The notes under the pieces are model-generated. The model was not told where the DNA came from. It did not search any database and worked only from the letters and a program-made list of their open reading frames with translations. From positions 18,184 to 82,183 of the forward strand of contig JBJMMR010000042.1 of NCBI GenBank assembly GCA_045804645.1: a stretch of 64,000 nt of DNA, written 5' to 3'. This DNA is from Chloroflexota bacterium (GTDB taxonomy: Bacteria; Chloroflexota; Limnocylindria; Limnocylindrales; CSP1-4). Position numbers and translations under genes: made by a program. Of this stretch, positions 36,697 through 45,867 are shown one piece after another (the first letter of the stretch is position 1; each line of letters starts with the position of its first letter).

Positions 36697-38351
36697 TACG
36701 CCCCTCCGCCCTGTGGGACGACCGCTGTCTCGCGCCGCCGCCCGAGCGCCACGGCCACCGTCCGAGCGACGACCAGGAGCATGATCAGCGCGAGCCCGAT
36801 CACGACGACGATCGGATCCACCGGGATCGCCTGACCGGTGCGCGCCGAGACGAGGAACTCGTCGACGGAGCCCTGGATGAGGTCCAGCAGCAGGCCTGGT
36901 CGGACGCCGAACACGACGATAAGCGTCGCGAGCGGCACCAGCGTCAGGACTTCGATCGGCGTCATATCGGTCAGGTGGCCACCGAGGTTCTCGAGGAAGT
37001 CCGAGACCTCGCCGAAGACGACCCGCTGGTACATGAACAGCAGGTACCCCGCAGCTAGGATCATCGCGAACGCGGCGACCGCGGCCGCGGCGGGGCTCAC
37101 CAGGAACGTCCCGACCATACTCAGGAACTCACCCACGAACCCCGAAAGACCGGGCAACCCGGCCGACGCGAACACGAAGAAGCCGAAGGTCGCCGCCCAA
37201 ACGGGCAACCGGCCGGCGAGGCCTCCCATCTTGGCGATGGTCCGGTCATGCGTCCGCTCGTAGATCACCCCGACGAGCAGGAACAGGCCGCCCGTGATCA
37301 GGCCGTGGTTGATCATCTGCAGGATCGCACCCTGGACGCCCTGCTCGGTGAACACGAATGCTCCGAGCGTGACGAACCCCATATGGCTCACCGACGAATA
37401 CGCCACGAGCCGTTTGAGGTCGGGCTGGACGAGCGCGACGATGGCGCCGTAGATGATCGCGATGAGCGAGAGCACGATGATCGTCGGGGCGAAGGTCGCA
37501 GCAGCGTCGGGGAAGAGCGGGATCGCGAACCGCAGGAACCCGTACGCGCCGAGCTTGAGCAGGATCCCTGCGAGGATCACGGAGCCGGCGGTCGGGGCGT
37601 CGGTGTGCGCGTCGGGTAGCCAGGTGTGGAAGGGGAACATCGGGACCTTGATCGCGAAGGCGAGGAAGAACGCGAGGAAGGCACCGACCTGGAGCGCCGG
37701 CGCGAACCCCGAGCTCGCGGCGAAGTCGCGGAGCGTCACGAAGTCGAACGCGTTCGCCCACGACCCGGTGGCCGCCTGGTAGGCGAAGGCGGTCGCGAGG
37801 ATCGCCACCAGCATGAGCAGCGAGCCGACCAGCGTGTAGAGGACGAACTTGATCGTCGAGTAGATCCGGTTCGCGCCGCCCCAGATCCCGATGATCAGAT
37901 ACATCGGGACGAGGACCACCTCGAAGAAGATGTAGAAGAGGAAGAGGTCCAGCGCGAGGAAGACACCGATCATGCCGACCTCGAGCACGAGGAAGGTGAT
38001 CATGTATTCCTTGATCCGGGTCTGGATCGGGACCCACGAGGCGAGGATGCAGATCCAGGTCAACGTCGTGGTCAGCACGACCAATGCTGCCGACAGACCA
38101 TCGATGCCGAGCTTGTACTGGATCCCGAACACCGGGATCCAGTCGTATGCCTCGACGAAATCGAACTGGTTGCCCGCCGAACCCGCGTAGCCGATGAGCA
38201 TCAGCAGCGATGCCACCCACGTCGCGAGGGCGAACGCGAGCGCGGTCGGACGGGTCCACGAGGTCGGCAGGATCGCGACGACGAGCGCGCCGACCAACGG
38301 CAGGAACGTCACGATCGTGAGGATGCCGATCGGCAGCCCGTCGAGGGTCAT
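36696..38351 (-). CDS. nuoM: NADH-quinone oxidoreductase subunit M
   Basis: Start trimmed to MTLDGLPIGILTIVTFLPLVGALV… (the 791-aa ORF is a GC 5' extension overlapping nuoL); …FKVPMFPFHTWLPDAHTDAPTAGSVILAG…. Confidence 0.9.
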   Translation of the reverse strand: MTLDGLPIGILTIVTFLPLVGALVVAILPTSWTRPTALAFALATWVASLLMLIGYAGSAGNQFDFVEAYDWIPVFGIQYKLGIDGLSAALVVLTTTLTWICILASWVPIQTRIKEYMITFLVLEVGMIGVFLALDLFLFYIFFEVVLVPMYLIIGIWGGANRIYSTIKFVLYTLVGSLLMLVAILATAFAYQAATGSWANAFDFVTLRDFAASSGFAPALQVGAFLAFFLAFAIKVPMFPFHTWLPDAHTDAPTAGSVILAGILLKLGAYGFLRFAIPLFPDAAATFAPTIIVLSLIAIIYGAIVALVQPDLKRLVAYSSVSHMGFVTLGAFVFTEQGVQGAILQMINHGLITGGLFLLVGVIYERTHDRTIAKMGGLAGRLPVWAATFGFFVFASAGLPGLSGFVGEFLSMVGTFLVSPAAAAVAAFAMILAAGYLLFMYQRVVFGEVSDFLENLGGHLTDMTPIEVLTLVPLATLIVVFGVRPGLLLDLIQGSVDEFLVSARTGQAIPVDPIVVVIGLALIMLLVVARTVAVALGRRRETAVVPQGGGA

Positions 38352-40339
38352 CCCTGATTCCCCACGAGCAACAGGTACGAGCCCGCCATCACGATCAGCC
38401 CGATGGCGATCCCAAGTGCGTAGTTCTGGACGCGGCCGGTCTGGACGCGCCTGATGTTGCGGCCGGCGGTGACCGTCGAGCTGCCGATGCCATTCACCGT
38501 CCCGTCGATGACTTCGCGGTCGAACCACCACATCGCGTTCGCCAACCGGCCGCCGATGACGATGAACAGGAGGTGGTTGAGCTCGTCGAACCACCACTTG
38601 TTGAGGGAGGCCCGGTACAGGAACGACAGCCCCGGTCGCGCACTGATCTCGCGGACCGCCTCGGGTCGCGCTGGCAGGTGCAGGCCCGCGATGTCCGTCC
38701 CGAATAGCCGCCAGGCGATGACGACTCCGACCGCGGCGACCGCGACGCTCGCCCCGATCAGTGCACCGTCGATCCCGAACAGCTGGTACTCCGCCTCGGT
38801 GTGATGGAGCATCTCGACGGCCGGCTGGAAGACCGGCTCGAGCCACTGCGAGATGACGTTGGCGCCGAGCGGCAACCCGAGCGCGAGACCGAGCAGGGCG
38901 GATGGGATCGCGAGCAGGATGAGTGGCGTCGTCATCACGGGCGGCGACTCGTGGATCCTGTCCCAGAGCTCCTTCGGACCCCGGAACGAGCCCCAGAACG
39001 TCAGCCCCATCAACCGGAACATGTAGAACGCGGTGAGCAGGGCGACGAACAGGCCGATCGCCCAGATCCATGGGAATCCAAGCTTGAACGCTTCGCCGAG
39101 GATCTCATCCTTCGAGAAGAAACCGGCCAATGGCGGGATGCCAGAGATCGCGATCGAGCCGATGAGCATCGTGATGTAGGTGATCCCGATCTTCTTCGAG
39201 AGGCCACCCATCCGGCGCATGTCCTGCTCCTCATGGACGGCGTGGATCACCGAGCCCGAGCCGAGGAACAGCAGACCCTTGAAGAAGCCATGGGTCATGA
39301 GGTGGAAGATCGCCGCAGTGAACGCCCCGACGCCGAGCGCCGCGAACATGTAGCCGAGCTGCGACAGCGTCGAGTACGCGAGGACGCGCTTGATGTCGGT
39401 CTGGGTCATCGCGATCGATGCGGCGAGGATGGCCGTGAAGATGCCGATCGAGGCGACGACGACCATGGTCGACGGGGCGGAGGCGAACAGTGGATTCGCG
39501 CGGGCGACGAGGTACACGCCGGCGTTCACCATCGTGGCGGCATGGATCAGCGCCGAGACCGGGGTGGGGCCCTCCATCGCGTCGGGTAGCCAGACGTGCA
39601 GCGGGAACTGGGCACTCTTGCCCATCGCGCCGGCGAAGACGAGCAGGGCCACGATCGGGACGGGGATCGGGAACGCGACGAGCGTCGGCGACAACAGCGT
39701 GTCGAGGGACTGGCGGATGTCGAGCGTCCCGGTGTTCAGGAAGATCGCCATGATGCCGAGCGCGAACCCGACGTCACCCACGCGGTTGACGATGAACGCC
39801 TTCTTCGCCGCGAGGGCCGCCGAGCGCTTGCGATACCAGAAGCCGATCAGCAGGTAGCTCGACAGGCCGACGAGTTCCCACGCCACGAAGACGACGAGCC
39901 ACGAGTCCGCGAGGACCAGCAGCAGCATCGAGAACATGAACAGGTTGAGGTAGGCGAAGAACCGCCAGTATCCCGGGTCGTGACCCATGTACCCGATCGA
40001 GTAGATGTGGACCAGCAGGCCGATCGTCGTGACGACGATCAGGAGGCAGGCGGTCAGCGGGTCGACGAACAGCCCCAGGTTCACCTGGAAGCCGCCGGCT
40101 GGGATCCATGTCCACGGCCCGACCACGTAGCCGTGTAGCTCCTCGGAACCCTCGATGAGCGGCGCGGCCCCGGTCAGCACGTTGAAGACCGCGACCATCG
40201 CGATGACCCAGGCGATGAAGATGACCGCGACCGGTACCCAGTGCGCCTGCTTGCCGAGGCGTCGCCCGACGAGCGCCGTGAACAGGAATCCGGCTATCGG
40301 CAGGATCAGAAGGAGTGGCAGCAACGACGCCATGTCCAT
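38348..40339 (-). CDS. nuoL: NADH-quinone oxidoreductase subunit L
   Basis: 663 aa; …QFPLHVWLPDAMEGPTPVSALIHAATMV… and long C-terminal extension typical of NuoL. Confidence 0.9.
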   Translation of the reverse strand: MDMASLLPLLLILPIAGFLFTALVGRRLGKQAHWVPVAVIFIAWVIAMVAVFNVLTGAAPLIEGSEELHGYVVGPWTWIPAGGFQVNLGLFVDPLTACLLIVVTTIGLLVHIYSIGYMGHDPGYWRFFAYLNLFMFSMLLLVLADSWLVVFVAWELVGLSSYLLIGFWYRKRSAALAAKKAFIVNRVGDVGFALGIMAIFLNTGTLDIRQSLDTLLSPTLVAFPIPVPIVALLVFAGAMGKSAQFPLHVWLPDAMEGPTPVSALIHAATMVNAGVYLVARANPLFASAPSTMVVVASIGIFTAILAASIAMTQTDIKRVLAYSTLSQLGYMFAALGVGAFTAAIFHLMTHGFFKGLLFLGSGSVIHAVHEEQDMRRMGGLSKKIGITYITMLIGSIAISGIPPLAGFFSKDEILGEAFKLGFPWIWAIGLFVALLTAFYMFRLMGLTFWGSFRGPKELWDRIHESPPVMTTPLILLAIPSALLGLALGLPLGANVISQWLEPVFQPAVEMLHHTEAEYQLFGIDGALIGASVAVAAVGVVIAWRLFGTDIAGLHLPARPEAVREISARPGLSFLYRASLNKWWFDELNHLLFIVIGGRLANAMWWFDREVIDGTVNGIGSSTVTAGRNIRRVQTGRVQNYALGIAIGLIVMAGSYLLLVGNQG

Positions 40340-40342
40340 CGC

Positions 40343-40660
40343 CTACTGACGCATCGCGTCGTACTCATCCACAAGAGGCGTCTTCTTGTTGCGGTAGATG
40401 GCGATGACGATCGCGAGGCCGACGGTCGCCTCCGCTGCTGCGACAGCCATGACCATCAGCGCGAAGACGGAACCCTGCGCGACGGAATCAGCGCGCGGCC
40501 CGAACAGTCCGAACGCGACGATCGTGAGGTTGACGGCGTTGAGCATGAGCTCGATCGACATCAGCATGCTGATCGCGTTCCGGCGCGCCAGGAAGCCGAA
40601 CGAGCCGATGGCGAAGAGGATCCCCGACATGATCAGATACGTGTCGAGGCTGTCGCTCAC
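40343..40660 (-). CDS. nuoK: NADH-quinone oxidoreductase subunit K
   Basis: 105 aa, three TM; …[19 protein letters not shown]…[17 protein letters not shown]…. Confidence 0.9.
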   Translation of the reverse strand: MSDSLDTYLIMSGILFAIGSFGFLARRNAISMLMSIELMLNAVNLTIVAFGLFGPRADSVAQGSVFALMVMAVAAAEATVGLAIVIAIYRNKKTPLVDEYDAMRQ

Positions 40661-41250
40661 GAGGGCCCGCCCGGTTCACGCTTCGCGAGGAAGACGCCCC
40701 CGATCACCGCGGCGAGCAGCAACACGCTCACGATCTCGAATGGGAACAGGAACTGCTGGAAGAGGATCCTCGACATGATCTCGGTGCCGAGGCGCGCCCC
40801 GCGCTCGACCTGACCCCAGTCGGTCGCGCTGACCGCGAGCGCGATCACGATCGCGACGACGATCGCGGCGATCGATGCAGGCCCGGCCTGGGTCTGGAAG
40901 ACCAGCCGCGTCGGCGCGTCCTTGGTCTGGGTGAGCATGATGGCGAACAGGATCAGCACGCTGATCGCGCCGATGTAGACGATGACCTGCGCGGCACCCA
41001 ACAACGGGACGCCCATCAGGACGTAGATCCCCGCGAGGGCCATGAAGCACACGACCATCGCCAGCCCGCAGCGGATGATGTCGCGCATCGTCACGACGAG
41101 CAGGCCCGAGCCGATCATCAGCGCGGCGAGCAGCCACAGCAGCACGTCGTCCCAGTCCTGGTGGAGGACGACGAGCATGAGGCCGGCGATCCCGAGGACG
41201 GCGCCCATGACGAGCAGCGCGAAGATGATCTGGGGGAGCTTCGCGAGCAC
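40657..41250 (-). CDS. nuoJ: NADH-quinone oxidoreductase subunit J
   Basis: 197 aa; …[22 protein letters not shown]… NuoJ pattern; overlaps nuoK start by 4 nt. Confidence 0.85.
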   Translation of the reverse strand: MLAKLPQIIFALLVMGAVLGIAGLMLVVLHQDWDDVLLWLLAALMIGSGLLVVTMRDIIRCGLAMVVCFMALAGIYVLMGVPLLGAAQVIVYIGAISVLILFAIMLTQTKDAPTRLVFQTQAGPASIAAIVVAIVIALAVSATDWGQVERGARLGTEIMSRILFQQFLFPFEIVSVLLLAAVIGGVFLAKREPGGPS

Positions 41251-41252
41251 GA

Positions 41253-43892
41253 CTACTCGTGCTGACCCGGGCCGAGGGCGGCGACCGCCTCGTGCCCGTC
41301 ATGCCCGTGGCCGTTGCCGTTCGTGCGAGCGCTCGGAGCGATCCCTGTGAGCGTCGGGGGGAGGACCGGGAGCATCCGTGCCGGGTCATAGACGCGGCCC
41401 TCGATCTGCGCTCGCTCCAGCCAGTCGCGTTCGCGCCGGACGTACGTGACCTCGGTCTCCTTGTCGATCGCCGACAGCGCCATGAGGTCGATCATCGGCT
41501 CGGAGCGCCCGGTGTGGGAGAGCTCGAATTCGGTGCTGTCGCGGAGCGCGTCGTAGGGGCACGCGTCGACGCAGATCCCGCACAGGATGCAGCGGCTCTC
41601 GTCGACCTCGTACTTCTCGAGGACGCGCGGCTTCGGCATCAGGGCGCCGGTGGGACACGTCTCTGCACAGCGACCGCACGACACGCATGGGGTGTCGTTC
41701 AGGCTCATGTCGAGCGGCGTCGTCACGAGCGTGTCGAAGCCGATTCGCATGAAGTCGTAGCACGCCGCGCCGACGATCTCGGCGCAGACGTTGGCGCAGC
41801 GGCCGCAGTCGATGCAGCGCGATGGCTCGCGCAGGATGAACGCGTGCGAGTCGTCGCGGATGTAGTCGTGGTTGATGCCGGTGAACCGGTTCTCGGTGAT
41901 CGAGCGGTAGCCCGCGCCCTGGTGGTTGTCCGGCTCGAGCGTCTTGAGCGTCGTCCCGTACTCGATCCCCAGCCGGCGGAGGTCGCAGAAACCGATCGCC
42001 TCGCAGGTGCATTGGAGGCAGCGGGTCGACTCTGCCATCGCCTCCTCGCGGGTGTACGGCAGCTCGTACTCGATGTAGCTGTCGTTGCGCTGCTCGGCGG
42101 GGAGCGGCTTCAACCGGTAGCGCGGCTCCTTGATCTCGCCGGTGAACGGCACGATCGAGAGGAACTCGGGCTGCGGCTCGGCGAGGGTCTGACGCGTACG
42201 GATCGCGTCGAGGTCCATCCCCTTGAGGTAGGCATCGACCGCGTACGCCGCTCGGCGGCCCTCGGCGATCGCCTCGACGACGGTCGCGGCACCGATGCGC
42301 ACGTCGCCGCTGCCGAAGACACCCGCTCGGCCCGTGGAGAAGGTCACGGCGTCGGCCTTGAGCCGCCGGTTCTTGCTCGCCTCGACGCCCTCGTTACCCG
42401 GTTCGCTCGCCCAGCCGAGCTCGGGGCCCTGGCCGATCGCCAGGAGCACGCGGTCGCACGGGATCGTGAATTCCGTCCCGGGCGCTGGCTCCGGTCGGCG
42501 GCGACCTGATGCATCAGGCTCCCCGAGCTGCATCCGGATGAACTCGACGCCGGTCACGTTGCCGCCATCGTCGGTGATGACCCGCACCGGCCCGGCCTGG
42601 AAGATGGCGGTGACGCCTTCCTCGATCGCCTCGTGGACCTCGTCGGACGCCGGCATGTCCTTCATGTCCCGGCGGTAGACGAGCGTCACCTCGCTCGCGC
42701 CCTGACGGATGGACGTCCGCGAGCAGTCCATCGAGGTGAAGCCACCGCCGATGACGACGACCCGCTTGCCCGCGTGGTTCGGGTAGGGCAGGCCAAGGGT
42801 CGCGGTGCGCAGGTACTCGAGGCCGTCGAGCACCTCGGCCGCGTCCTCACCCGGGATCCCCAGCTTGTTCGTGTCGTAGCAGCCGATGGCGATGAGGACG
42901 GAGTCGAAGCCCTGGTTCGTCAGGTCGTCGAGCGTGAAATCACGCCCGAGTCCGGCGTCGGTGACGATCCGTGCCCCCAGCCGGGTGACCGACTCGTACT
43001 CGGCCTCGAGCACTTCCACCTTCGGGAGGCGGTATTGCGGGATGCCGTAGCGGAGCATGCCGCCGGGCGAGGGATCACGCTCGAAGACGGTGACCTCGTG
43101 ACCGGCGAGGAGCAGGTAGTACGCCGCCGCCATGCCGGCGGGCCCCGACCCGATGACGGCCGCACGCCGCCCCGACGTCGCCTGCTGCTCGAACGGGACC
43201 GGCGGATCGACATGCTCGTCGAGCATCGCGCGCAGGACCTGGTCGCCCGCGTAGCGGTGCGAGTCGCGGATCGCGATCGCCTCGTCGACCTCGTCGCGGC
43301 GGCAGTGCTCCTCGCACGGCGCCGGGCACACCCGCCCCAGCACGGACGGGAACGGGATCGTTCGCTTGAAGATCCGCGCGCTCTCGCGCCAGTTCGCCTC
43401 GGCGTTGGCCTTGAGGAAGCCAGGGATATCGATGTGACTCGGGCACTTGTTCTGGCAGGGCGGCAGGCAGTAGGCGTTGTGGTCCGAGAAGATCAGCTCG
43501 AGGTTGGTGCGCCGCAGCCGGCGGACCTCCTCGGTCTGCGTCTGGACCTTCATCCCGTCCTCGCACGAACGTGAGCACGAGATCGGCGGATGCTCCTCGC
43601 CCTCGACCTCGACGACGCACATCCGGCACGCGCCGAAACCCGGCAACTTCGGTTCGTAGCAGAGGGTCGGGATCTCGATCCCGTTGTCGCGACAGACCTC
43701 GAGGATCGTCTGGCCCTCGAAGCCCTCGACGACGCGACCGTCGACCTCGATGCGGATGCGCGGCGTCGACTGCGGTCGCTGCGGCGCCTGGGTATCGAGG
43801 AGCCGGTCGGCGAGGGCGTCACGCGTCGTCGCCGGGGTCGATGCCTCGGTCTCGGCGGCGCGCGGCTCGGGGCGTGCGAGGGTGTCGGTCAT
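41253..43892 (-). CDS. Composite Fe-S flavoprotein (879 aa): NuoG N-terminal [2Fe-2S]+[4Fe-4S] region with an inserted GltD-like FAD/NAD(P)H oxidoreductase domain, NuoG N4-cluster region, plus appended NuoI-like 2x[4Fe-4S] ferredoxin domain; no molybdopterin domain
   Basis: IRIEVDGRVVEGFEGQTILEVCRDNGIEIPTLCYEPKLPGFGACRMCVVEV… (NuoG N1b 2Fe-2S); LIFSDHNAYCLPPCQNKCPSH (His-ligated N5-type); VCPAPCEEHC + AAVIGSGPAGMAAAYYLLLAGHEVTVFERDPSPGGMLRYGIPQYRLPK + GKRVVVIGGGFTSMDC (glutamate-synthase small-subunit/GltD fold); NRFTGINHDY…CIDCGRCANVC (NuoG N4-like); CVSCGRCAETCP and CILCGICVDACP (NuoI/TYKY-like pair); His-rich tail. Confidence 0.7.
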   Translation of the reverse strand: MTDTLARPEPRAAETEASTPATTRDALADRLLDTQAPQRPQSTPRIRIEVDGRVVEGFEGQTILEVCRDNGIEIPTLCYEPKLPGFGACRMCVVEVEGEEHPPISCSRSCEDGMKVQTQTEEVRRLRRTNLELIFSDHNAYCLPPCQNKCPSHIDIPGFLKANAEANWRESARIFKRTIPFPSVLGRVCPAPCEEHCRRDEVDEAIAIRDSHRYAGDQVLRAMLDEHVDPPVPFEQQATSGRRAAVIGSGPAGMAAAYYLLLAGHEVTVFERDPSPGGMLRYGIPQYRLPKVEVLEAEYESVTRLGARIVTDAGLGRDFTLDDLTNQGFDSVLIAIGCYDTNKLGIPGEDAAEVLDGLEYLRTATLGLPYPNHAGKRVVVIGGGFTSMDCSRTSIRQGASEVTLVYRRDMKDMPASDEVHEAIEEGVTAIFQAGPVRVITDDGGNVTGVEFIRMQLGEPDASGRRRPEPAPGTEFTIPCDRVLLAIGQGPELGWASEPGNEGVEASKNRRLKADAVTFSTGRAGVFGSGDVRIGAATVVEAIAEGRRAAYAVDAYLKGMDLDAIRTRQTLAEPQPEFLSIVPFTGEIKEPRYRLKPLPAEQRNDSYIEYELPYTREEAMAESTRCLQCTCEAIGFCDLRRLGIEYGTTLKTLEPDNHQGAGYRSITENRFTGINHDYIRDDSHAFILREPSRCIDCGRCANVCAEIVGAACYDFMRIGFDTLVTTPLDMSLNDTPCVSCGRCAETCPTGALMPKPRVLEKYEVDESRCILCGICVDACPYDALRDSTEFELSHTGRSEPMIDLMALSAIDKETEVTYVRRERDWLERAQIEGRVYDPARMLPVLPPTLTGIAPSARTNGNGHGHDGHEAVAALGPGQHE

Positions 43893-45184
43893 CAGGATCC
43901 CGTGGCGGCGGCCGTGGTCGGCCGGCTATCAGGGTCGAAGGAGGAAGCGAAGTATCGCATCCCGCTGGTCAGCGGGAGGGTCGCAAGACGCTCGTGGTCG
44001 CATAGCGCGGAGGCGACGATGTCGTGTGCGAGATCCGTCGCGAGTCGCGCGTCCGCGGGCCGCAGGAGGCCGGCCTCGCGCCGCGCCACGATCTCGGCGA
44101 TGCGGCGCGTGCCGATCCGGCACGGGATCGACTTGCCGCACGCCTCGTTCGAGCAGAAGCGGGTGAGGACGCCGACGAGCTCGAGAAGATCGGTCCGATC
44201 ATCGACGACGACGATCGAGCCGGAACCGAGGTGGCCGCCGGCGTCGCGCAGCCCGTCGAAGTCGTACGGTGTCTCGAGGGCGTCGGGGGGCAGCAAGCCG
44301 CCCGACGGTCCGCCGACGAGCACCGCCTGCAGTGAGCGGCCCTCGGGCAGCCGGCCGCCGAGCTTGAGGACCTCGCGCAGTGGCGTCCCTAGCGGGACCT
44401 CCGCGACGCCGTCCTTGCCGGGGGTGCGCACCTGGACGAGGACCGTGCCAGGCGCCCGGGTGGAGCCCGTCGCGCGGAAGGCCTCGGAACCCTCGCGGAT
44501 GATCCACGGGACCGCGGCAAGGGTCTGGACGTTGTTGACGACAGTCGGCCGGTCGAAGAGACCGGTCTCCGCGGGGTGCGGCGGCCGCTGATCCGGCTGG
44601 CCGCGCTTCCCCTCGAGCGCTTTCAGCAGGACGGTCTCCTCGCCCAGCATGTAGGCACCCTGAACGGGCCGGACCGACATCGACAGTTCCATGCCGGACC
44701 CGAAGACGTCGTCACCGAGGTAGCCAGCGTCCATCGCGTTACCGATGGCGGCCGATAGCGTCGCGATGAGCTCGGTATCCTCGCCGCGCACGGCGATGAA
44801 CGATTCGCGTGCCCCGATCGCGCTGGCCGCGATGGCCGTGCCTTCCACCACCGCGTACGGATCGCGCATCATCAACGTCCGGTCGGTGTGCGACGCGGGA
44901 TCGGCGCCGTAGCCGTTCGCGACGACGTACCGCTGGTCGGCGTCTGTGCTCGCGGCCATGCGCCACTTGTCAGCCGTCGGGTAGCCCGCACCGCCACGGC
45001 CGCGCAGGCCGGATGCGGCGACCGCTGCGATCGTCCCGGCGCCCCCCAGCTCGCGGAAGGCCCGCTCGAGAGCGCTGAAGGCACCGTCGGCGACGGCAGC
45101 ATCGAGGTCCGTCGGGTCCTTGGCATCAGCGCGTGCAAGGAGGATGCGCGGCCACGCAGCCGGCGTCTTCAGGATCGTCACCAT
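43892..45184 (-). CDS. nuoF: NADH-quinone oxidoreductase subunit F (51-kDa, FMN/NADH-binding)
   Basis: 430 aa; GLRGRGGAGYPTADKW (NuoF FMN/NADH motif), …GYGADPASHTDRTLMMRDPY…, C-terminal 4Fe-4S N3 Cys motif …CGKSIPCRIGT…. Confidence 0.9.
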   Translation of the reverse strand: MVTILKTPAAWPRILLARADAKDPTDLDAAVADGAFSALERAFRELGGAGTIAAVAASGLRGRGGAGYPTADKWRMAASTDADQRYVVANGYGADPASHTDRTLMMRDPYAVVEGTAIAASAIGARESFIAVRGEDTELIATLSAAIGNAMDAGYLGDDVFGSGMELSMSVRPVQGAYMLGEETVLLKALEGKRGQPDQRPPHPAETGLFDRPTVVNNVQTLAAVPWIIREGSEAFRATGSTRAPGTVLVQVRTPGKDGVAEVPLGTPLREVLKLGGRLPEGRSLQAVLVGGPSGGLLPPDALETPYDFDGLRDAGGHLGSGSIVVVDDRTDLLELVGVLTRFCSNEACGKSIPCRIGTRRIAEIVARREAGLLRPADARLATDLAHDIVASALCDHERLATLPLTSGMRYFASSFDPDSRPTTAAATGS

Positions 45185-45185
45185 G

Positions 45186-45863
45186 TCAGGCCTGCGCGGA
45201 GGCGCCGGCGCGACGGCCTCCCTCGAGGGCGGTGCCGAGTGCGGCGAGGTATGCGGTCTCGGCCGGGCGGTGACGATCGACGGCGGCGACCTGGTCGGTC
45301 GCTGTCGGCGGCTCGAAACGAAGATGACCGTAGTAGCTCGCGGTCCCGTAGATGATCGCGTACCAGGCGCCGGTCCGGTGACTGATGCGCTTCAGCGCTG
45401 CGACCGGGAGGTAGCCATACGCGTCTTGCGTGGCTTCCAGGATCGGCAGCATGTCGGCGGGATCGAAGTCGTGCTCCTCGAGGATCCGGTCGACCTCGCC
45501 CAGGTCGATCGGCTCGTACGGCCGGAACGCGGGGTCCGGCACGGTGCGCCCTGACCGCCGCACCGCGGACTCTTCGCGCCGCTCACCGTAGGTCTCCGGT
45601 GGGCCCCAGTGGACGTGATAGCGGCCGCGCGTGTCGATGCCACCCATGTCGATGCATTCGATCGGGCACGCCTGGGCGCACTGGAAGCACGTCTCGCACT
45701 TGAGCGTGCCCCACTCGTCGTACAACAGCTGGAGTCGGCCGCGGAACTTGCCGGCGACGTCGGCTCGCTGTTCGGGGTACTTGATGGTCGCCTTCGGCTC
45801 GAAGAAGCGTCGAAGCGTAAGGGCCATGCCCTTCGCGATGCCGAGGCCAGGGACGAAGCTCAT
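45186..45863 (-). CDS. Fusion protein: degenerate NuoI (single CxxCxxCxxxCP motif) + NuoE N-terminal helical domain lacking the [2Fe-2S] thioredoxin-like part
   Basis: N-terminal 1-90 aligns to NuoI up to the first cluster motif CETCFQCAQACP, with no second motif in any frame. Residues ~125-190 (DLGEVDRILEEHDFDPADMLPILEATQDAYGYLPVAALKRISHRTGAWYAIIYGTASYYGHLRFEPP) align to the NuoE N-terminal domain. No Cys in the C-terminal 130 aa. Flanked tightly by nuoH and nuoF. Confidence 0.65.
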   Translation of the reverse strand: MSFVPGLGIAKGMALTLRRFFEPKATIKYPEQRADVAGKFRGRLQLLYDEWGTLKCETCFQCAQACPIECIDMGGIDTRGRYHVHWGPPETYGERREESAVRRSGRTVPDPAFRPYEPIDLGEVDRILEEHDFDPADMLPILEATQDAYGYLPVAALKRISHRTGAWYAIIYGTASYYGHLRFEPPTATDQVAAVDRHRPAETAYLAALGTALEGGRRAGASAQA

Positions 45864-45867
45864 CCGA

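Noticed and set aside
36696-39071. 791-aa minus ORF (5' extension of nuoM)
   Set aside because: First 240 codons overlap nuoL in another frame; nuoM begins at MTLDGLPIG (38351) with ATGA coupling to nuoL
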